Shown one piece after another: positions 11,231 through 23,735 of a DNA stretch of 64,000 nucleotides. This DNA is from Vicugna vicugna (taxonomy: Eukaryota): positions 5,179,941 to 5,243,940 of the forward strand of contig MU063601.1 in assembly GCA_013265495.1 (NCBI GenBank), read 5' to 3'. The notes beneath the pieces are model-generated. The model was not told the origin of the DNA. It did no database searches and was given only the letters and a program-made list of their open reading frames with translations. The stretch's first letter is position 1; each line of letters begins with the position of its first letter. The position numbers were made by a program, and so were the translations under genes.

Positions 11231-13689
11231 CTCAGGACCTGAGAAATAAGATGACTGTGTGTTAAGAAGTTCCACAGAGCCCTTCCTCCTCAACGATGCT
11301 CACAGTATTCACTCTGGCACTAAGATTTCAGGCCTCAACATTTTTTTAAGTGTTTTTCTATATTTTCCAGGTTTTTTTCATTGTGTGTATATTACTTGTA
11401 TCCCAGGGGCAGGGTGTGTTATGTGAGGGACTCAATTAATGTTGTTTATTAACAGTATTGTTTTAAGCAGACAATAAAAAGGAGGCAAGTCAGAGTCAGC
11501 TCCCCTCAAGCCTTCACTGGGGTCCCAGCTCCCAAAGACCCTGACAGCCTCCCATGCCCTCCCCAGCATGCACCCCTGCCCTCCCTGCACCCGTCCCTCA
11601 CGTGCACCCCTTCCCCATTTGCATCCACCTTCAGGTTAGACCAGCCCCAACCAAGCGGTTCTGGGTAGGATCTGAGGGTGTAGTGGGGCCTCTGTCACAA
11701 GCTGCCCCAGCACAGCAACCAACGTCTGGTCCTGCCTCCACCTGAGGCCCCCAGGCCCGAACCCCACGCTCGACCCACCCCCACCATGTGGGTGTGAACA
11801 CACACGCACTCATAGAGGCAAACACACGTCAGAGGCCACACCCACTGTGACAGACACTTGACTTTTCAGGAACCCCTGCCTGTGGGGACCAAGGGACACC
11901 TGGTGGTGTGGTCTGAGGGAGGCCACAGGGGAAGCGGCTTTGCCCCTACCCAGGCTTGTCCCCGCTTCTCTGGCCAAGAAGTTCCTCCTCTTCCTGAGGG
12001 TCCCCAGACACCTGCTTCTAGATGAGTAAGGCCTCACTGGAAACCCAGGATTGATGGCATAGAGTCGAGTCCCCTGTTCAGAAGGAGGTTTTCCAGCTGG
12101 GAGACGCTTCAGAGATGGCCCGGAGCGGACCCATCATCTGACAAGTGGGGAAACTGAGGCCAAGATGGGAGAGACCTGCCCTGGGTCACCCCCGGAAGGA
12201 GAAGGCAGAGGAGGTGGAGGCAAACAGGAGGGAGGGCGGTGAGGAAGGCAGGCGTGGTCCAACCTCTCTGGGCTTCGGTTTCCCCGCCCATCACATAGGA
12301 ACTACTTGGGGACCTTCCAGCTCCAACAGTCCGATTGGCTGGGAGCTCTGGAAGGTTCTGGGCAGCTCCAGATGAAGTCCATTCAGCTCCCTGGCTGGTG
12401 GGGGAAAGAGGATGCAAATAGGAGGGGCCCCCAGGGACCTGGGTTAACCCCCTGAACTCATTTCTGGCCTCTTCTTCCTGTGGGGTGGGTTAAAAAATAG
12501 CCTCCCATCTGCCAGGGCTGGTGGGGGGAGGCTCCATCTGGGGCTACCAGGTCCTCCCAGCCCAGCCTGGGACTGAGACTTGCCCACTCCAACCCCCCAA
12601 GGACCAGGCTTGGCTGCCTGTGATGACGTGGCCTGTCTGACAGAGTTCTCTCTCCCTTTGACTCAGCGCTAAGTATTACCATGGCTGTGCTGAGGGCAGC
12701 CACAAGCCCAGGAGGCCATTGTCTGAATCCCTGCTCTCCCATTTTATAGATGGAGAGGGTGAGGCACAGTGCTCTCAGGGCACACACGCATCAGGACGGG
12801 GGCAGGATCTGGTCGCCTGGCTTTTAAGCTAAAGCTCTGTGCTTGCTTCCTGGGGACGCTGGAACTGTACCCTATCAAGTAGCAGGCAGCAGGGCAGTGG
12901 GAAAAGGTCTCTGCATCCCCAGATTACAAGGCTCCCAGCTCCCTAGGGCAGAATCAGTGGTCTACACAGGTACGGAAGAGTTAACTTTATACTGAGTCAG
13001 GACAAATTGGGGTGGACCCCAGATGCCCTGATTCCCTGCCCTGTGACCTCAGCCAAGGCACTTAGTTCTCAGACCTTCAGTGTTCTCATCTATAAGATGG
13101 GACACAGCCATCCCTACCTCCCAGGGTGATTGTGAGGACACACTGAGATGCACAGGTCCACAGTGAAGCAGGATCAGGTTGTGATCGTGGTCATCTCTGA
13201 GGCTGTTTTGGTTGGAACCAAGTGTCTGAGATGGAAACAATGAGCCTTAGACCGTAATGTGGACAAATAGCTAAATAAATGGATATTTTCAGCCTGGATG
13301 GAACGAGTAAGGCCTTGGATATAGATGGGGCTTTTCTTCGGAGGAAGTCAAATAATCCCCCTGGTTTCCTTCCAAGCCCAGCAGGCTGAGGCTGATGGTA
13401 AGAGTGGGACTGGAGACCAGTGGGCAGGCAGCGTCAAGAGCTCAACAGTGTCCACACTGGGCTCCCAGTCCTGGAACTTGTCCTAAGGGAAAAATCAGGG
13501 ACGTGGCTAAGGTGTTCCCGGCAGTGTCTCCGTAACTGAAATCCAAAAACGCCCCAAAGAGCTGACCACGAGGGAACACCACGGTGGTCCAGCCAGAGGT
13601 GGGGGGCTCTTCACACTCTTAGCCCCACCATGCTCGGTCAGTGCAGTCACGTCACCTGTCGTCAGGGAGAGGATTAATCACACAGGGAA

Positions 13690-14000
13690 ATGCTCACTAC
13701 ATATTAGTAAGTGAGTTTCAAAAGTAGGTTCTAAACATGTAGTCTATGTTCCCACCATTAGAAAAGAATGATAGAAGGGAGGGAGAGGGGAGGGAGAGAA
13801 GAAATTAAATCTATATATACAGTAAGAATACCAGAAGGCTAAAAGCCAAAATATTAACAATTGTTCTGGGTGGCAGAATTATGAGTGGTTTTAATTTTCC
13901 TCTTCATAATTTTATTACTCTCCAATTTTTCTTTAATGAATGTGTATTATTCTTATAATCAGGAAAAAATGTGTTTTCTTTCAAGAGATGGGAGTGGGTA
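13690..14000 (+). mobile_element. Ancient L1M 3' fragment
   Basis: AT-rich degenerate L1ME/MC-like tail (aatattaacaattgttctgggtggcagaattatgagtggttttaattttc...). Confidence 0.5.
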
Positions 14001-14059
14001 AGGATTAGAGACTGACCTTCCCCTTTCATAGATTCTAAAACTGAGTCCCAGAATGAGAA

Positions 14060-14420
14060 GGATGTTCACTCATTCACTCATCCATTCATTCACCGCTCAC
14101 TCATTCATTCATTTGTCCTTAAACGCTTCTGGAAAGCCCCCTAGAGCGAGGCTCAGTTTAAGTTCCACAGACAAAGAGCTAAAAGTGACTCAGTTCTGCA
14201 CTCAGGGAGGTCACAGTCTAGGGGAGTAAAGGACACAACAGCAAGTCCTCACAATGCATTCAGACAGGGGCCACGGAGTAGTGAAGAGAGAGGGCCCAAG
14301 TCCATCTCATCTGATGGGAGCATCAGAGACAGCCTCACAGTGAAGCAGGATCAGAATAGGGCTTTGATGTATGAACAGGAGTTCTGCACTCAGGAAAAGG
14401 AGGAAGCCACCCCTCACAGA
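14060..14420 (-). mobile_element. L2 fragment
   Basis: (cattcatt)n tail followed by ctgcactcagggaggtcacagtctagggg. Confidence 0.65.
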
Positions 14421-14865
14421 AGCACCATGAACCATTCGAGGGAAAGGATCCACTGTGTGTGGGGAAGTATATCAGAAAATAAAGCTGAGCCAGGTTCTTC
14501 AAGTGTCCTGAACTGTCTGGCTCTGCCACTCCATGGCTGTGTGACTGAGCAAGTTACCATACCTTCTGGGCCTCGGTTTCCTTACCTGGGAAATGGGCTA
14601 ACGACCTCATTGGGTTACTACAAGAACTGAGTAAATTGACAATTGTAGTGGACTCAGAACAGCACCTCATCTGTAGGAAGGGCTGTGGAGTTGTTTGCTT
14701 TTATTATTTGCTGTTATTTATACTTGATCCTGTAGGCATTCTGGAAGCCAAAAGGATTTTTAGCTAGAATTTAATGTTCATTCACTCATTTATTTATTTC
14801 ACTCATTCAACAGATATTTACTGAGATCCTAGTTGGAACCCAAGCACGTTTTTAGGCACTGGGAG

Positions 14866-15034
14866 TAGAGTTGCCAGACAAAATACAGGACACTCAAATT
14901 ATTTGAATTTCAGATAAATAATGAATAATTGCAATCATTGGGACAACTTTATACTAAAAATGTGTTTGTTGTTTATCTGAAATTCAATTTGACTGAGTGT
15001 TCTGTATTTTTATTTGCTAAATCTGGCAACTCTA
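14866..15034. mobile_element. MER53-like palindromic hAT MITE
   Basis: 13-bp terminal inverted repeats tagagttgccaga / tctggcaactcta. Internal 16-bp inverted repeat at 14903-14918 / 14972-14987. 8-bp TSD actgggag / actgggaa. Confidence 0.85.
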
Positions 15035-15168
15035 ACTGGGAAAGTGAAACCAAATGAAAAATACCTGGAGTTGGCATTCTGGGAGGAAAAGAGACAATTC
15101 ATACTTAGCGGTGTAATTTATTAGGCAACAACAAATGTGCTGCAGAAGTATAAACCAGGGAAGAAGGA

Positions 15169-15692
15169 GGTATTAGTGTCCTGATGCTGCTGTAACAAAT
15201 TACTACAAATACGGTGGCTTAAAATAACACTCATTTACTGTCTTACAGATCTAGGGGCCAGAAGTCCTATGTGAGTCTCACTAAGATCAAGGTGTTGGTA
15301 GGGCTGTGTTTCTTTCTGAAGGCTACGGGAGAATCCATTTCCTCATCTTGTCCAGCTTCTATAGGCCATCTGCTTTCCTTGGTTAGTGGCCCCTTTCTCT
15401 GTCTTCACAGCCAGCAACATCAGGCCAAGTCCTCCTCATGCTGCCACCCTGTGGTTCTCCAATCAGTTTTCCATATCACATCTCTTTCTGTCTTTTTCTG
15501 TGCCTCTCTCTTCCACTTATAAGGACTCTTGTGATGTACCGGGCCCAACCAGATCATCCAGGCTAATCTCCCCATCTCAAAGTCCTTAACCTTCATCATA
15601 TCTGCAAAGTCCCTTTTACCATGTGAGGTGACACATTTGGTTTCAGGGCTTGGGATGTGGGCATCTTTGGGGGTCATTATTCTGCCCACCAC
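15169..15692 (-). mobile_element. MLT1D-like solo LTR (ERVL-MaLR) interrupting an L2
   Basis: tattagt..tgctgctgtaacaaattactacaaa...atctgcaaagtcccttttaccatgtgagg...tcattattctgcccaccac; about 520 bp. Confidence 0.8.
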
Positions 15693-16389
15693 TGGGGCTC
15701 AGAGAAGGTCTCTCACTGGGGTGTTAGAGACCTAACTGAGGTGGGGAGTTGAGCCATGCAGACTGAATGTAAAGGCTTTCCAGGCAGAGGGAACAGCATG
15801 TGCAAAGGCACTGCGGTGGGGGTATGATTGTGTGTTTGAGGGCCAGGATGAGGGAGGGGGAGAGTGGAAACAGATGAGGACAGAGAGATGGAAGCGGGGG
15901 AGTGGTTGTGCAGAAGCCCATAGGCCTGATAGGAAGAGGAGAATCAGTGATACTCCTTCCCACTCCTGTCCCTCAATTTTCCCCAGCCCTGCCCCCAGTA
16001 CCATCCTGTCCTGCTAAGCTGACACCCCTCACATCAAAGGCCAAACTCCCCTCAGAAGTATTGCAAGATGAGAAGGAAAAGGGATTCAAGGGAGTTGGAC
16101 TCAAGGATCTTCAAGTTCTTCCCAACATTGAACAGCTGTGAGTCTCAACTGTGTGACTTTAGGCAGGTTGCTTAACCCTGCTGAGCCTCAGTTTCCCCAG
16201 CCTATAACCACTTAAGTTGGGGTGATCATAGACCCCAGCCTCCTGGGGCCAGGTAAGGATGAAAGGAATTAAACCCTATAAAGTGCTCAGCCCGTGCCTG
16301 GCACACAGCGAGTGCTCATGAAATGTGAGTCCCAGTGACAGATTCCAATATTCTGGGAGACCAGAGCCTGGCCCCCCCAGGAGCCTGAC

Positions 16390-16880
16390 ACTGGCTGGCG
16401 GTGGGATTCCAAGTCTCCGTCCCCCCCAACACTGCCAGCGTGCTCCCGACGCCCCGGCCTCCCCCACGTGCTGGGTGGCATGCCTACCCCACAACCACAT
16501 GAAAGGCCATTCCCCCAGGGTGTCCCCACACCTGGGAAAACCGGCAGCCTGCCCGGCGCTAGCCCCGCCCGGTGGCTGAAACACCGGGCAAGATCAATGC
16601 AGCCGGGCTGGGCTCCCGGTGCCGCCACCTTGTTCCAATCAGGGCCGGGCGCCTTCCGCTCCGGACCCCGGCCCGGCCCCCAGCGCTGCCCCTCCCGGGC
16701 CCTGCCCAGCAGCCCACGTTTCCAGCCCCGTGACCCCTGAGGAGCGGTGCCCAGGGCCTGACTCCACGTTGGCTGCCGCCTGCCTGGGCTTGGGGGTTGA
16801 AGAACGTGCTGGACGGTGCGCCAGCCCGAGGACTCGCGGTGATGCCGGGTCTGGCCCTGGCCTCCTGGCACGAAGTAGTT
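16390..16880. promoter_or_regulatory. Small orphan CpG island in intron 1
   Basis: About 37 CpG in about 490 bp by hand count, GC roughly 70%. Contains CACGTG 16465-16470, AACCACA 16493-16499 and CCAAT 16635-16639. Confidence 0.55.
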
Positions 16881-17084
16881 CTGGACAAGCCCCTCCCACT
16901 TCTTGCCTCAGTTTCCTCAGCTGTAGGTCAGGCTACTTAATTTCACCCTATCTGGTTCTCAGGCCTATGGTGGGAGAAGCAAAAAGCGAGAAAATAGAGA
17001 AAAAGTTTCAGAAATCGTGGGCACACCCAGAGCAGAGGAGGGGGGAGAAAGCAGGTGGGAGGAGCCGGTTCCGACCGTGCAGGG

Positions 17085-17370
17085 GCCCTCCTACCAGCTC
17101 CCCTCTCCCTTCCTCTACCTGGGTCCTTCTCAACCCTCAGGTCTCTGCTCAGATGTCACCTCCTCCGAGACACCTTCACTGACGCCTCCGTCTAAGGAAT
17201 TAGTGACAACCCACTGTCTATGACCTGTTTATTTATTTGCCTCCTTGTTTATCTCCTGCCTTCCCTGCTGGAATCAAAGCTATCTTGTCCATTGCTGTAT
17301 CTCCAGCACCTAAAATAACCCCTGGCACATAATAGGTGCTCAAAAAATGTTTGTTGACTGAATGAATCTA
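17085..17370 (+). mobile_element. L2 3' end
   Basis: tctctgctcagatgtcacctcctcc...ggcacataataggtgctcaaaaaatgtttgttgactgaatgaat. Confidence 0.8.
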
Positions 17371-18009
17371 GCACCTCCTCCATCCTTGCTTATTTCTCCT
17401 TTTCCTTTCCATCCCAGCAATTCCCCCATCAAGTGCAGGGCTCCCCAAGGATAGGACTGGGAACATTTTCCCTTGTGCTCCTGGGACGGGGCCAGGCATC
17501 TGGGAGCCAAGGACTTTCAGGCCATCAGGCCCACCCTGACTTGACTGAGGTTCAGAGATAGGGCAGTAAGAGGGCCCAGCCCCTGCCCAGGGTCTGATCA
17601 ATTCCATGATCCCCTTCCAGAAGCTCACTTGAGGACCCAGAGATGCACAGGTAGTGAACGCCGCATTCTTGCCAGTGACAAACTCATACCAACAGCAAAT
17701 GACAAAGAATGCCCAGTGTCTGAGCCTGTGGCCCAGACATGCCAGGTGGGGATTTATGAGCTTGCTCTAGCCTCTACTCAGCTCTGCCCACATCCTCAGC
17801 ACCTCCCAGAGGGCCATGAAGGGGGACAACTCATTGCATTGGGCTGGTGTTATTCTGGGAGCAGATCTCCCTGGTGCATCCTCCAACCCCAGCCATCAAC
17901 CCCTGCTGGCCTTTGGTCATCCCTGGGGGTCTTCTGCAGCCCCTCAGCCACAGCACCGTCTTGCTTCCACGGTGTCTCTGCTCCCCATGGGCCAGGCAGA
18001 GCAGCATAG

Positions 18010-18440
18010 GCTGCCTAGGTTCAAAGCTCAGCCCTGACACTTGCCCGGGGTGTGAATGGGGGCAAGTAATTAACCTCTCTGTGACTCAGTTTTCCTAGTG
18101 TTACAATGGAAGTGATAATAAGGATACCTAACACATAAGGGGGCTGTAAGGCTAGATGAAATAATACATGTAAAGTGTGGATAGCATTAGTTATTATAAT
18201 GAGGGGCCTGGCCCCTGGGGTAAGGCTGCTGCATTCAGCAGGGCATAATTTTAGCATCAATAGATCTTGGTTCAAATCCCAGCTCTGCCCCTTCCTAGCT
18301 GGGATCAGGAGACTTACTCAATGAACTTCAGTCCCTTGCCTGTAAAGGAGCCCAATGACAGGTACCTGGAAGGCAGTGGGTAAGACTTAAGGAGCCTGAT
18401 AGGGAACATGTTCAGCAGGGCTGGGTACCCAGGAACACTC
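18010..18440 (+). mobile_element. Two tandem MIR fragments
   Basis: aacctctctgtgactcagttttcc and ggttcaaatcccagctctgcc cores. Confidence 0.65.
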
Positions 18441-18659
18441 CACATGGGGGGTTGCCATGGTGAGGATGGCTTCAAGGGCCACCAGATGATTCAGCTGAGA
18501 GTGAGCTGGTAGACAGGACAACTTGGTTGAAACAGTGATTTGGCCAAGAATAAACACTCCCCAACTTTGATGCAGTTTTGCAACTGTATGCAAATTTAAG
18601 CATTTTTGTCCATCCTTTTTTCAGAGGTCTGGGGGAGGGAGGACTTTTTCTATTTTTTA

Positions 18660-18960
18660 TCTTTTGCTTTTCTTCTAAAATATTTTATTGTGAAGTATAG
18701 TAACAGGGATGTATATAAATATTGTTTAAATAATAATAATAAAACAGACATCTATATACCCACCACCCCATTTTTAAAAAACCCCACTAAGTGGACCTTA
18801 GGGCTCCCACCAGCATCCCCTCCCCAATCACATCCCTCCTTCTCCCTTCCCCTGCAGTGGCGGGGTGGGGGAACCACTCTTCTGATTTTTGTATTAACCA
18901 TCATCTTGCTTGTCTGCATGCTTTTTGCTTTCAATGTCATCTTCCATTTTTAAGAGCAAA
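18660..18960 (-). mobile_element. Ancient L1M 3' fragment
   Basis: aaatattttattgtgaagtatagt...cccaccaccc pattern of a minus-strand L1MC/ME 3' end. Confidence 0.5.
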
Positions 18961-20564
18961 ACTTTAGAGTAAACTGAAAGGCAGCAATAGAGGATATGAG
19001 CTATTGAACTAGTAAAGTTTACATGGGCGGAAAGAGTATCTTGGCATCTGGCATCTGGTCCAGCCTCTATCCCCATCCAACACTTGAATTCCCTCTACAT
19101 TATCCTGGCCTCAATTTGAATACCTCCAATGACAGGGAGCTCTCTACCTCCAGAGGAATGTCTCATTCTGTCTCTGGCTGGTGCTCAATGCTCCTTCTCC
19201 TCTTGTGGAGCTCAATACCCACTGGCCCTAGTTCTATCCCCAGCATTCACACGGTCCCCTACCACCCAGGAGCTCTCCATAGATCTGAAAGCAGAGCTCT
19301 CAGCCCCTAGACACACTCTTCTCCATGATGAAGTCCCCAGTTGCTTTAACAGTTCATCAAATGACATGGCTTCAGTACTCTTCTCCATGCTGAGGTCCCT
19401 GGGGGTGTCACATAGGCCCTAACAGAGGGGGCTCAAGCTGACCTGCTCTCCAGGGGTGGTCGGGCTGTGACAGTTGCTGTTTCTGCACACCAGAAGCCCC
19501 ATTCACAACCTGCTTGAGCAACAATAATTGCCCCCATTGTTACAGGTGAGGTGGCTGAAGCTCAGGGAGGTGATAAGTCACACCCTGACCCTGCCTGGGC
19601 CTCAGATTCCCCCCAGACCTGTCATAGATTAACATGGAATTCTAGAACATTGAAGATGGACAGTCCTCCTGGGGATCAAGTGTGGTCCAATGCATTTCTC
19701 TCCCTGGTGAGGTGTTTGAGGCCCAGAGAGGGAAGGGACTTGTCTGGGGTCACCCAGCAAGGAATAAGGGGATAGTTCCCCTGGAGCCAGCAACCAGATC
19801 ATAGGTCATGAACAACTTTAACCTCCATTCAGCCCCAACTTTCTACCATTCATGGAAGACTGGGATTCCTCTGAGTTTATCAAGATTCAAGGCACAACTG
19901 CTTCCCCAACCAATGAAGGTAGCAGAGGAAAACTGGAGCATGAGAGACTGGACAGTGTCACCAAGAAGGACTTCCAGATGTTTTAGAACAGAGACCTGAG
20001 GGGGTCAGGACTCCCACTACATCCCAGGCCAGACTCAAGGCAATGACCCACATAGAAGAGCTAATAAATTTACAAGTGGAATAAACAACTATAAAACTGG
20101 GACACCCTCACCCCACCCCAGCCCTATGGTCCAGGCCCAGGTTCACTGTTGCATAGCCAAGGACTGAGTTCCCCACCCCCACTGCCTGGGTGTGACCATG
20201 AACGCTTTCCCTTGTCTGGCCTCAGTTATTCCTTCTGTTATTTGGGAATAAAAAAGCCTGATTGCATGTGTCACCATCCCCACTGGGACTGGTAATGATG
20301 AAATATGACAGAATGGGGAGTGGTTAAGACACTCACTTGCTTTGGAGTCAGAGGGACCTGACTCCAAATCTAGGCTTCCTCGCTGCATGGAAGCCTCTCT
20401 GAGCCTCAGCTTCCACATTGGCCCAATTTACAAGGTTGTTTTGAAGCTCATCTCAGACAATATAGGCAAAGTAGGTGCTAAAAAAATCATTCTTCCGAGG
20501 CCTGGGCACCTGGAAGGGGCCAGGAGAATGTGGCAACTGGCTGATGGGGTGACAGTTTACATCA

Positions 20565-20720
20565 TTTGAGGGACCCAATGCAAAATGAAAATGCAGCCCC
20601 CTTGTTCAAAAAAGTATGAAGAATCTCAAGGCAGTGATGGCAGAGCATTAAACTGTGCACAAGGCCCTTCTGAGAGCGAGGCTCTGTGTGACTGCCCAGA
20701 TCACAGACCCAGGAAGCTGG
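20565..20720 (-). mobile_element. MER45A-like hAT-Tip100 element
   Basis: aatgcaaaatgaaaatgcagcccccttgttcaaaa...gcagagcattaaac...cccttctgagagcgaggctctgtgtgactg. Confidence 0.7.
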
Positions 20721-21549
20721 CTTGCCTGTGAGACATGCAGGGCGGCTCAAACTCAGTTCAGGTTGAGGAGCAGAGGCTTCCACCACCGTGCTGAGTGAGG
20801 GCCGCCCCGTCTCCAGGCTGCAGCTGGGATCACGACCGCTGGGCCCTGCCACTCTCGGTGGCCATCGGAGGCCGCATAAAAGACCAACTGTTCTCCACCT
20901 CGCTCTGCCCCGTTTTTATCTCATGCCATGCATACAGCACATAGTTGATTTCTTTCCGCAACGGGCTGCGCTTTTTTTCTTTTCCAAGGGCGACGCTGGA
21001 AAGCCATGTGGCTTTTATTGCTGGCAGGAATGTCTGAGGCGTTCCTCCACCACCACATGAAATGGAGCCGTAATCTTCATCTGCGTAAGGCCAAAGCCCC
21101 CGGTCTCCTCAGAGCCATGGGCCTCTGAGATTAATTAAGGCTTCACAAGGACTGACAGTCATTAGGACCTTTTTGGGGAGGTGGAAAAATCTCTAATGGG
21201 ACTGGCTGGGCCCGGGAGCCACTGGGTGGGCGGGTTGGGGGGGCGGGGCAAGGAGGGCCTGCTATGGAGTGGAAGGCACCCTGGACCAGAGTCAGTGGCA
21301 AGGGGGATAGTGGAAGGCGGGATTCCAGACTCTGCCTTTGGCCTAGGCTGTGTCCTTGAGTTAGACCCTTCTCCTCCATAGGCCTTGGTTCTGTCATGTG
21401 ATAAATGGGAGATTTGGATATGATATCTCAGAGCCCTGTGGAGTCTGACATTATAAAATTCTGAATCCTGCCCACAATTCTCATGCCAGGATTCTAATTC
21501 TATTCCATGACTATAACTTCAAGCATCTGATTCTGGTCCACGAGAACAG

Positions 21550-21760
21550 AGTGTGGTAGTCAGGAACGTGGGCTCTGGGGCCAGGCTGCCTGGTTGGAAT
21601 TCAAGCTCCACAGTTTCCCAGCTGTGTGTTCTTGGGCAAGTTACTTAACCTCTCTGTCTTCAGTTTTCTTACCTGTAAAATGAGGGTGATAACTTCCTGC
21701 ATAAAAGTACTGTGAGATACAGATGAACTTAATTGTTGTGAGTAATCATTAATACACTCA
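21550..21760 (+). mobile_element. MIR SINE
   Basis: gggcaagttacttaacctctctgtcttcagttttcttacctgtaaaatgagg. Confidence 0.8.
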
Positions 21761-22199
21761 GAATGCTAATGCTGTGGTTCTGATCTTATTCCAAAAATTG
21801 AATTTGGAATACCAATTTCTTGGACTCCTATTCTTGCCGCCTGATTAAGGTTTGGAGGCACTTTGAACCCAGAAATCCTCCTGTCTTTCCTCCACTATAG
21901 GGAATGCAAGAGGCGGCAGCCATCCAGAAGGGCCCTTTTTTTCCTTGACTGCCAGAGCTGAAGTCCCATCCTCGGGCTGGGGAAAGGCCATGCCCTTCCC
22001 AGAAGCCCTCTTGGGCTCCAAGCTACCCAGGTCTCTCTCATCACTCTCCCCACTCTCCCCTGCCCCCAACAGAAGACTCCTCTGATTTGATGGCTCTGCA
22101 CCCATGCACTGCTGTGGATGGAGGCGCTGTGACCAGCCAGCAGGGCAGAGTCAGAGCCTGGATCAAGGAGTCATGGTGAAAGAAGGGTCCCCGAGAACT

Positions 22200-22440
22200 T
22201 CTTATTTGAACCTCTCAGGTTCTGAGGCCCAGAGGGGAAAAGTTTTCACTCTCTGAGCCTCAATGTCCCCTTCTGTAAAGTGGAGAGAACAAAAATCTCT
22301 ACCCTGCAGAAGCACCATGAGGGTTAGCAATAATTGGGGTAGCACTCCCAGCACACAGCAGGAGTCCAATAACTTAGGATAATTGTTAGCCATTGACCAG
22401 AGGGCTCTGCTAGAATTATTTCCTTGTTTTATAGATGAGT
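22200..22440 (-). mobile_element. MIR SINE fragments
   Basis: ctgaggcccagagggg...gcactcccagcacacagcagg. Confidence 0.55.
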
Positions 22441-23484
22441 GAAGTGAGGGGCAGGGAGAGTGGTAGGAAGACCAGACCCAGTGGTTGACCAGAAGCCAAA
22501 ATCCACTTCCCTGGCTACTGAGGGGGCCCACTTCCTGTACCCTGGCCAGGTTTGTGCTGAGACCACCCCCTGCCCTCCTTCCTCCCTCTCAATTCCTGAA
22601 GCTAAGTGCCCTCTCACGGGGGAGGTGGCAGTAGGAGTGGGGGGCTCCACAGCTGCAGGGACAGGAAAGAGCCAGTGCTCCCAGTCTCCCACCCGAGGCC
22701 ACAGTGAAAATCATCTAGGGTACCTCGGGGAGCCGGTCCCACGCCTAGAGAGCCAGTGGAAGCAAGGCCTGCAGGGACACAAGGCATTCCCCCTGGAGCA
22801 ATGGGTGTTCAGGGTTGCATCTGGCCAGGAGGGGGTGCCCATAGGACATCGTGCTGATCCTGGCTAGGGGCTCCGCCTGCAGGTTGTAGCAGGGCAGTAG
22901 CAGCCACCCCCACCCCCGCCCCCGCATTGGGGGGGGGGCCTGCACTTTGCTGCCCCCTGGTCTTGCTTGAGCTCCTTCCAAGTCTTGCTTCTTCCTTGAT
23001 GACTCAGGTCAAGTCTCTCCCCATTCTGGACCTCAGTATTCCCATCTGTAAACTGGGGACTATAGCCGTGTCTTTGCAGGTGGGTTCCGAGGTAGAAGGA
23101 GGGCGGGTGGTGGGTGCAGACAACCCCTGCAGCCCCTTTCTGGAGTTTGAAGGGTCTGCTGATTTCCAAGTCCACAGCTGTTTAACAGATTTTATTGCCT
23201 CTAGCTCCACCCTCGTCATAACAGCTAACCGTATTGAGCGCTTTCAGTAGCCTTACACTGGGCTCTTCTCATTTCTTCATTTAACCAGTGGGGGGCAGGT
23301 GAAGGAACGTGCATAACCATTTGGGGTGCCTCCTCCCCAAATTTTGAGTCAGATGGAGCTTTTAACCTGGCCCTGGTCGTCCTTAGCCCAGAAAACCTTA
23401 GGCAGCCTTCCCCTTCATTTAAATGGACCTAACAGCTATCACATACATATGAGGATTAAAAAACGAACTTAAAGCCCAAACACA

Positions 23485-23735
23485 TTGTGGTTGCCAAGGG
23501 GACGGAAGGTGGGAAGGGATAGACAGGATTTCAAAATTATAGAATAGATAAGCAAGATTATACTGTATAGCACAGGGAAATATACACAAGATCTTATGGT
23601 AGCTCACAGAGAAAAAAATGTGACAATGAATATATATAAGTTAATGTATAACTGAAAAATTGGCTCTACACTGGAATTCGACACAACATTGTAAAATGAT
23701 TATAAATCAATTAAAAATGTTAAAAAAGAAAAAAA
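23485..23735 (+). mobile_element. 5'-truncated young L1 3' UTR with poly(A) tail, inserted in a MIR
   Basis: L1 3' UTR motifs (tgtggttgccaagggg...actgtatagcacagggaa...) and A tail. Perfect 14-bp TSD aaagcccaaacaca at 23471-23484 and 23736-23749; tt|aaag endonuclease-type site. Confidence 0.9.

Larger units (their letters stand above)
14780..15900 (-). mobile_element. L2 host element fragmented by MER53 and MLT1D
   Basis: ttcattcaacagatatttactgag at about 14800; ttccaggcagagggaacagcatgtgcaaaggc at about 15780. Confidence 0.65.
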
